DNA of 21,008 nt from a virus (lineage: Duplodnaviria; Heunggongvirae; Uroviricota; Caudoviricetes): IMG/VR virus record IMGVR_UViG_2671180458_000004. One strand, given 5' to 3'. A program made the translations under genes and the position numbers. Below are positions 15,979 to 21,008 of the stretch, piece after piece. The notes beneath the pieces were generated by a model, which saw only the letters and a program-made list of their open reading frames with translations, was not told the DNA's origin and ran no database searches. Positions within the stretch are counted from its first letter, which is position 1. Each line of letters starts with the position of its first letter.

Positions 15979-16521
15979 TTATTCCTCCGTCAGCGCCACA
16001 TATTCAGAATGTTTAATTTCCTGGCATTCTTCAGGAATACACCCGTTTATTTCCCTGCCATAAGCGCCTACTTTAAACACCACGCACAGGGCATCACGGG
16101 AGAGTGACGGGGTCCACCAGGAGTCCGTGTTAAACATGGAGGGGATTCTCATTACCCCCAGCTTTTCACAGAGCCAGACAAGGAAATCAGGACGCTTTCT
16201 TAACTCGCGTTCAGCGGCTTCAACCATTGCGGCAATCGCCGGACCTTCAGGGCATGACTCATCAGGTCTGGCAATAAAGCACGGTCCGCCCCCGATAAAA
16301 GCCACATCATCGCGCTTACGCCAGCCCGCAGGCAGAGAACCAGAAAAATAAAACTCACTGATTACGTCCATGGCGAACGGCTTTAAGCGCAATCCGGCAG
16401 CGCCTGTATTTTTCAGTAATGCCCGAAGAATACTGTTGCGTAGCGGTAAAACAGTCTGTTGATATTTGGTGAAATATTTATTTGTCTGTACACGGTCTAA
16501 TTTGAAATAAAAATATGCCAT
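15979..16521 (-). CDS. Hypothetical protein (180 aa), accessory block
   Basis: AAGGAACAGGA RBS; first gene after the 97-bp gap downstream of gam; no family recognised. Confidence 0.65.
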   Translation of the reverse strand: MAYFYFKLDRVQTNKYFTKYQQTVLPLRNSILRALLKNTGAAGLRLKPFAMDVISEFYFSGSLPAGWRKRDDVAFIGGGPCFIARPDESCPEGPAIAAMVEAAERELRKRPDFLVWLCEKLGVMRIPSMFNTDSWWTPSLSRDALCVVFKVGAYGREINGCIPEECQEIKHSEYVALTEE

Positions 16522-16618
16522 ATTTCCTGTTCCTTATTTTCAGTTTACAGGCGCAGGCAGTCCCCTGACGCGAGCGCCATAATTAAAACGAAGTGATATT
16601 TAAAGATTTAATGCGGTG

Positions 16619-17149
16619 TTATTTATTCAGTCCGGCGTCCTGTTCAAAAGGCTCGACATGAAAACTTTCAGCACCTTTATTCACCTTAATACCAGCAACC
16701 CCTTTCACCGCATCCGGCTCCGCCAGGACAGCTTGCTTATTCACTTCCTCTTTCGTGCGGATGAAGCGCTCAAGCCCCATACGACGCAGCATTTCAATCA
16801 CACCTTCCACATCACGACTGACGCTGCATGATGGATTTCCCAGCCGCCATGACACCGTTCCGGTGGTCAGATTGGCAGTTTTGGTTTCGCCGCCGTTCGT
16901 CAGCTCATTGCGGTTGGTTTTACACCAGTCATGAATCCCCTTAAAAAGCACTTTGATTTCTTTTTTAAGGTTTTCAATCTGCGGCGTATAACGGGCGGTG
17001 ATTTCTGCCACTTCATCATTCATTGCCGTTTCCAGGCGCAGCGCCTCTCGCTGAATATCGCCCAGGGTGCGGATATCGCGGCTGACCTCTTCACGGGTCT
17101 GCGGTGCCGCCTCTGCTGCGGCCTTTAATTTTGTAACGCGTTTTGCCAT
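16619..17149 (-). CDS. gam: Host-nuclease inhibitor Gam (Mu Gam family, Ku-like DNA end-binding protein)
   Basis: 176 aa, the size of Mu Gam; sequence recalled as Gam family; AAGGAAAAA RBS upstream of the ATG. Confidence 0.85.
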   Translation of the reverse strand: MAKRVTKLKAAAEAAPQTREEVSRDIRTLGDIQREALRLETAMNDEVAEITARYTPQIENLKKEIKVLFKGIHDWCKTNRNELTNGGETKTANLTTGTVSWRLGNPSCSVSRDVEGVIEMLRRMGLERFIRTKEEVNKQAVLAEPDAVKGVAGIKVNKGAESFHVEPFEQDAGLNK

Positions 17150-17160
17150 TTTGTTTTTCC

Positions 17161-17454
17161 TTATTGCAATGTATCTGGTCCGTTCTGAACAGAACGGCGT
17201 TCAACGGAGCTGCTTACCCCCATGGCCTGCATGGAACCCTGTAGTTCATCTGTCAGAAACTGAATGATTGTGGGGCTGTGATATTTAAGAATTTGTGCAT
17301 AAACATCACAGGGTCCTGCCGGTCTGTTCTCTGTATCACGTTCGATTTTTACCGTGGCAGTAACCCCCTCCGTGATTTCCTTACTATCATTACCGGCTGG
17401 CTTTACTTCATGCATTACGTGGTCAAATTCAAAAATAACGCGTACTTTGCTCAT
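17161..17454 (-). CDS. Hypothetical early protein (about 97 aa), paralog of the adjacent gene
   Basis: Start moved to the second ATG (17454): it aligns with the paralog's N-terminus, has AGGGG about 8 nt upstream and avoids a 23-nt overlap. Confidence 0.6.
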   Translation of the reverse strand: MSKVRVIFEFDHVMHEVKPAGNDSKEITEGVTATVKIERDTENRPAGPCDVYAQILKYHSPTIIQFLTDELQGSMQAMGVSSSVERRSVQNGPDTLQ

Positions 17455-17458
17455 GGAA

Positions 17459-17731
17459 TTACCCCTGTTGATTAAATTCATTACCGTTAATAACCCCGGA
17501 ACTCATGTCCATATCTTTCATGAGCGCACTGGCTTTCATTGCCACAAGTTCAGCAAAGTCTCTGCTTTCCGCGAGCATAACCACCCCAAAAATCATGGCG
17601 GGTCCATCACCTTTCTGCTTTATCCCGGTTGAACGTATGTCCAGACTTACCCCCATGCGCACTGTTCCATCAGCGTTTTTATGGATAACGTGCTCCTTGT
17701 ATTCGAAAATAATGCGTACGACTTTACTCAT
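17459..17731 (-). CDS. Hypothetical early protein (90 aa), paralog of the adjacent gene
   Basis: N-terminus MSKVVRIIFEYKEHVIHK resembles MSKVRVIFEFDHVMHEVK of the 17161..17454 product; C-terminal MKDMDMSSGV versus MQAMGVSSSV. Confidence 0.6.
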   Translation of the reverse strand: MSKVVRIIFEYKEHVIHKNADGTVRMGVSLDIRSTGIKQKGDGPAMIFGVVMLAESRDFAELVAMKASALMKDMDMSSGVINGNEFNQQG

Positions 17732-18009
17732 CCTCTGGTCCTCGTTCTGTTTGGATAACTGACCCGGCGTCTGACCTCACGGCAGAACCGAATCATGGCA
17801 TTAAAGGCTTCTTCCTCCGTCACCGCTTCCGGTATCCCCGGAACCAGTAACTGCTCCTGTTCATCACGTCCATGACGCGCCATAACCTCAATCACATGCC
17901 GTACTGTGGCAGGCTTTCCGGCAACTATCGGCAATGCACCTTCCGGCAGGACGTAACCCAGTTCAATGAGACCGCTCGACCACGCCCACGCAATTAGATT
18001 TCGTTTCAC
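17728..18009 (-). CDS. Hypothetical early protein (93 aa), GTG start
   Basis: GTG at 18009 preceded by GGGAGGAG; stop overlaps the next start (ATGA). Confidence 0.55.
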   Translation of the reverse strand: MKRNLIAWAWSSGLIELGYVLPEGALPIVAGKPATVRHVIEVMARHGRDEQEQLLVPGIPEAVTEEEAFNAMIRFCREVRRRVSYPNRTRTRG

Positions 18010-18010
18010 C

Positions 18011-18265
18011 TCACTCCTCCCAGTAAACCGTGCAGCCGCTGATGCGGGTAGCCTTCACACGGCGGCGCAGGCCGTTGGTCTGTATGGTGATTTCAATTTC
18101 ACCGGTTCCCTTAACTTCGCTTACCGGCGGCGTGGTTTTCAGGGCATAACGTTGTGGGTAGCGTTTGCTGCGTTCCAGTACCGCACCGGCAAGTTCAGTC
18201 AGACGGCGTGCACTGTTCAGGGAGTCGAATAAATTCATTTTTTTACCGCAGGATTGCATATTCAT
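18011..18265 (-). CDS. Hypothetical early protein (about 84 aa)
   Basis: ORF 18011..18277; the internal ATG at 18265 is preferred because GAGGTG lies about 5 nt upstream; the stop is 1 nt before the next gene's start. Confidence 0.5.
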   Translation of the reverse strand: MNMQSCGKKMNLFDSLNSARRLTELAGAVLERSKRYPQRYALKTTPPVSEVKGTGEIEITIQTNGLRRRVKATRISGCTVYWEE

Positions 18266-18277
18266 ATAACACCTCAT

Positions 18278-18505
18278 TTAGCTGACTTGTTTCGCACCAA
18301 CAGAACGGCATATTCCGCTGTAAACTTCTGTCGCACCTTCGCGATCAAGTCCGGCAGATATCACCATTCGTGTGCGGTCATTAAATTCAAAAAGTAAATC
18401 GCCACATTCTTTATTTTCGGCCAGTGAAATCACCTTCACGTTATCGAAATTAACCAGGTAAAAGCGTCCGTAAATATCAGGAATATTAAATACCGCCATA
18501 ATCAC
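18278..18505 (-). CDS. Small early protein at the kil position of Mu (75 aa); function not established
   Basis: GTG at 18505 overlaps the B stop (GTGA); an in-frame ATG at 18499 with AGGTG upstream is an alternative start. Kil-like only by position and size. Confidence 0.5.
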   Translation of the reverse strand: MIMAVFNIPDIYGRFYLVNFDNVKVISLAENKECGDLLFEFNDRTRMVISAGLDREGATEVYSGICRSVGAKQVS

Positions 18506-19434
18506 ACCTGTGAGAGTAATTCAGGGTTGGTATAAACCTCTTTAAAGGCCGCATTAATATGTTTTTCTGTCAGCGCCGCGCCTTCACCGCTGGCGGTGAG
18601 CCACGCCTGGTTAAGCGTATGTGTCAGAACGCGTAACGCTCCCGGCTTTTCAGCGATAGCCTGCATGACGGCCAGCTCGGCCTCACCACTGATCCCCCAC
18701 GCCCTGGCAATGGCCAGCACATCCGCCTTTTTGGCCTTGCGAAGTTGTTTTGTACGGGCAAGACGGCTGAACAGGCGCGATAAATCATCAAAGGCGCGGC
18801 GTCCACCTTTAAACAATCCGCGCGGGTTACCAATAAGCACCATCCCGATCCCCGTGGCGTCCTGAATTGCCCGGAGTTGCTCCAGACCGTCAATACCAAG
18901 ATGATCCGCCTCATCCACAATCACCAGTCCACGCGTTCCCATCAGGCGACGGCGGATGGCGCGGGATAATGCCCCTTTGTTCGCGCGGGTGTAATCAATC
19001 CCCAGCGCATCGGCCAGCTCCAGCAGACACTCCGTGACGCTGGAGTGCGCGGGTGACAGGGTGATCATCCAGGTGTTTGGTTGCTCCTGGCAGTAATTAC
19101 GGGCAGTGGCCGTTTTACCCACACCCGGTACGCCCACAATAACGTTAATACAGCCCATCAGACGAACCGCCTGAAACAGTGTGCGCAGCTCCTGGACTGT
19201 CTGCGTTTCCACAAACTGCGGCGGTTCCGGCAGTGCGCTTTGTTTATTCCAGTTCTCATACCAGGAACGCAGGGAAGCAGCCACAGCAGCGTTATCGCCT
19301 TTATATTTTCCCTTACGGAAAGCCGATAATGTGCCGTCGGAAATTCCCGCCTCTCTGGCGATGGCATACTGCGTCAGTACGCCGCCATCAATAAGTTCAT
19401 CAATGGTCTTGATTACATCGTTAATATCAGTCAT
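18502..19434 (-). CDS. B: Mu B-type transposition target-DNA activator, AAA+ ATPase
   Basis: 310 aa; Walker A GVPGVGKT and Walker B-like LVIVDEADHL visible; N-terminal HTH-like segment; directly downstream of A; GAGG about 9 nt upstream of ATG. Confidence 0.92.
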   Translation of the reverse strand: MTDINDVIKTIDELIDGGVLTQYAIAREAGISDGTLSAFRKGKYKGDNAAVAASLRSWYENWNKQSALPEPPQFVETQTVQELRTLFQAVRLMGCINVIVGVPGVGKTATARNYCQEQPNTWMITLSPAHSSVTECLLELADALGIDYTRANKGALSRAIRRRLMGTRGLVIVDEADHLGIDGLEQLRAIQDATGIGMVLIGNPRGLFKGGRRAFDDLSRLFSRLARTKQLRKAKKADVLAIARAWGISGEAELAVMQAIAEKPGALRVLTHTLNQAWLTASGEGAALTEKHINAAFKEVYTNPELLSQV

Positions 19435-19469
19435 ATTATTAACCTCTCATTTGATACCTTGTTTAATCA

Positions 19470-19505
19470 AATAACCTGAGTCGCCGCTCGGGTTATTTTT
19501 TTATT
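19470..19505 (+). terminator. Terminator-like hairpin in the A-B gap, oriented for the plus strand (antisense to the genes)
   Basis: About 11-bp stem (19470-19480 with 19487-19497, one G-U) around loop TCGCCG, followed on the plus strand by TTTTTTTATTT; on the minus strand no U-tract follows. Confidence 0.4.
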
Positions 19506-21008
19506 TCAGGCCAGCGGGTCATTTTCTTTTAATTTCGCTTCCAGCAACTGCAATCCCCGCTGGAAATTACGCTCGTATTCTTCATCAGGCTCATCATCAA
19601 CGGCAGGTTGCTGAACGGCCACCGTATTACCTACCGGGCGATAGATGTTTTCCAGCCAGGGCTCCTGCGGCTTGTGCTCCAGCACGTTGACAACCTCATC
19701 CTCGGCATCACGGATTTTTTCCTCTGCGCGTTTACGCATGCCTTTAAGGCGTTGCTGCTGTTTGTAGTATTCCGCGCTAACCGGGAAGGCTTCGCGTTTA
19801 TTACCGTCCCATACCGCCTCGCAAATCACGCTGCCATCCAGGCGACGTACGGTAATTCGTTCGGCATCATGAATGTCATAGCTGATAAGCACCTTGCGGC
19901 CATGCTCATCACGCAGCTCGGGCGCGTAGTAAATATTATTCAGCCAGCGTATTTCACAGCGTCTTACAGGGCGTTCCACCATCGGCCGGAACATGTCCCG
20001 CAATTCCACATCGGACAGCCATTCAATTTCCGTGTCCTCTTCCGCCAGGCATTTTTTTCTGAACTCCGCCGGGCTGTAATGTTTACCGTTCGGCTTCATC
20101 GGTAATTCATCGTGCGGTCGGTTGTTGTACCACTCAACACCATCACGAATGGCATCAATCAGTTCAGACCAGGACGGTAAATCACGCATCGCTGACTGTT
20201 GCCGGGCGTTCAGCCGTTTGCCCTGTTGCAGGGCGGTAAATGCCGAGCGTAAATCGCGGTTGGTTTTGCGTAACGTCTCGCGATCTGCACCTTTCCCGAA
20301 ATAGGTGCGGTATTTACGGGCTATGCGCATCGGTAATGTGCGGTTAAGCCGTTCGATAATGCCTCGTCCCTGCGGATTACCGGCAATCCCGGTCGGGTGA
20401 TTAATCCCCAGTCGCGGCAGTATCCCCACAACCTCCTTATCCAGGATGTCGGCGGTTTCCCCGGAGCCGTTATCCGAGTAATACAGAAACGGTTTGCCGT
20501 GATGGCGAATGCCGTGCTGTATGGCACCGGCTACGGCGAAAACATTTTCAGCCAGGTCAAGGCTCCAGCCCACCACAAAGCGCGTGCCACCGTCGATAAC
20601 AAAGGTCACTTCCGGTGCAAATGGCCGACCGTGAACCGGGTGTGCGCATTTCAGCTTCATGCCGTGACCGTCACCAATCCAGACATAATTCACCGGCATT
20701 TTTGACCAGTCGCGGCGCGTGAATCCCTCAAGCTGGCGGTATTCACTGCCGGTCACCCGGCCTTTTTGTTTCACCACTTCCGGCAGTTTCTTCATTGCGC
20801 GGCGAATGGTGTCATAAGACGGCATGATATCGAGCATATAAGGCTCATCAGCGTGCCGGTGCTGCCATTCAGCGACAAAATCCTCGTAAGCCTCGGTCAT
20901 TGGTCGGCCGTTTGACTGGCGATACTGCGCCAGAAATTCGGGCAGCCAGTTAATATCTTCGGCTTTTATTTCCTGGCGCTTACCCGGTGCCAGTAAAAGC
21001 AGGCGTTC
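19506..21008 (-). CDS. A: Mu-type DDE transposase A, C-terminal portion (N-terminus lies beyond the window edge)
   Basis: 464-aa ORF 19506..20900; the same frame stays open with no stop from 20901 to 21008, so the listed Met is internal. Position immediately upstream of B. Family assignment from recalled similarity to MuA. Confidence 0.9.
   Translation of the reverse strand, partial: ERLLLLAPGKRQEIKAEDINWLPEFLAQYRQSNGRPMTEAYEDFVAEWQHRHADEPYMLDIMPSYDTIRRAMKKLPEVVKQKGRVTGSEYRQLEGFTRRDWSKMPVNYVWIGDGHGMKLKCAHPVHGRPFAPEVTFVIDGGTRFVVGWSLDLAENVFAVAGAIQHGIRHHGKPFLYYSDNGSGETADILDKEVVGILPRLGINHPTGIAGNPQGRGIIERLNRTLPMRIARKYRTYFGKGADRETLRKTNRDLRSAFTALQQGKRLNARQQSAMRDLPSWSELIDAIRDGVEWYNNRPHDELPMKPNGKHYSPAEFRKKCLAEEDTEIEWLSDVELRDMFRPMVERPVRRCEIRWLNNIYYAPELRDEHGRKVLISYDIHDAERITVRRLDGSVICEAVWDGNKREAFPVSAEYYKQQQRLKGMRKRAEEKIRDAEDEVVNVLEHKPQEPWLENIYRPVGNTVAVQQPAVDDEPDEEYERNFQRGLQLLEAKLKENDPLA

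Larger units (their letters stand above)
1..21008 (-). mobile_element. Internal segment of a Mu-like transposable prophage (early, lysis and head regions); neither phage end is in the window
   Basis: Co-linear minus-strand order A(partial)-B-kil position-gam-gemA-mor-lys-spanins-TraR-like-gp25-like-gp26-like-terminase-portal-F-G-I-T-gp36/gp37-like, matching the known Mu map; tight translational coupling throughout. Confidence 0.85.

Noticed and set aside
17455-17481. Longer start (ATG at 17481) for the second paralog
   Set aside because: The extension MNLINRGNS does not align with the paralog, would overlap the upstream gene by 23 nt, and the internal ATG has its own RBS.
1-21008. CRISPR array, rRNA, integrase/attachment site or IS element
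   Set aside because: No spaced repeat arrays or rRNA-like stretches are visible; the only transposase is the phage's own A gene and neither Mu end is in the window.

Overview
The whole 21 kb window is one co-oriented block (every supported gene is on the minus strand) of a Mu-like transposable prophage, in the same gene order as Enterobacteria phage Mu. Reading the minus strand from 21008 down to 1: the C-terminal ~500 codons of transposase A (runs off the window), B (AAA+ ATPase), a kil-position small gene, four small early genes including a tandem paralog pair, Gam, an 11-gene uncharacterised accessory block (12469-16521, partly low-GC by eye), GemA, a single Mor/C-family activator, a Mu-type lysis cassette (SAR endolysin, overlapped spanins, TraR-like zinc finger, gp25/releasin-like), gp26-like, terminase small and large subunits, portal, F, G, I, major capsid T, a head protein with an (EA)n repeat, gp36-like, gp37-like, and the first 8 codons of the next gene. 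Genes are tightly packed with frequent ATGA/TAATG start-stop overlaps; the few non-coding gaps each carry a visible motif. No rRNA, canonical tRNA, CRISPR array or prophage ends are present. The best candidate for something undescribed is the expanded accessory block between gam and gemA. All calls rest on reading the ORF translations and the DNA by eye; no database search was run.
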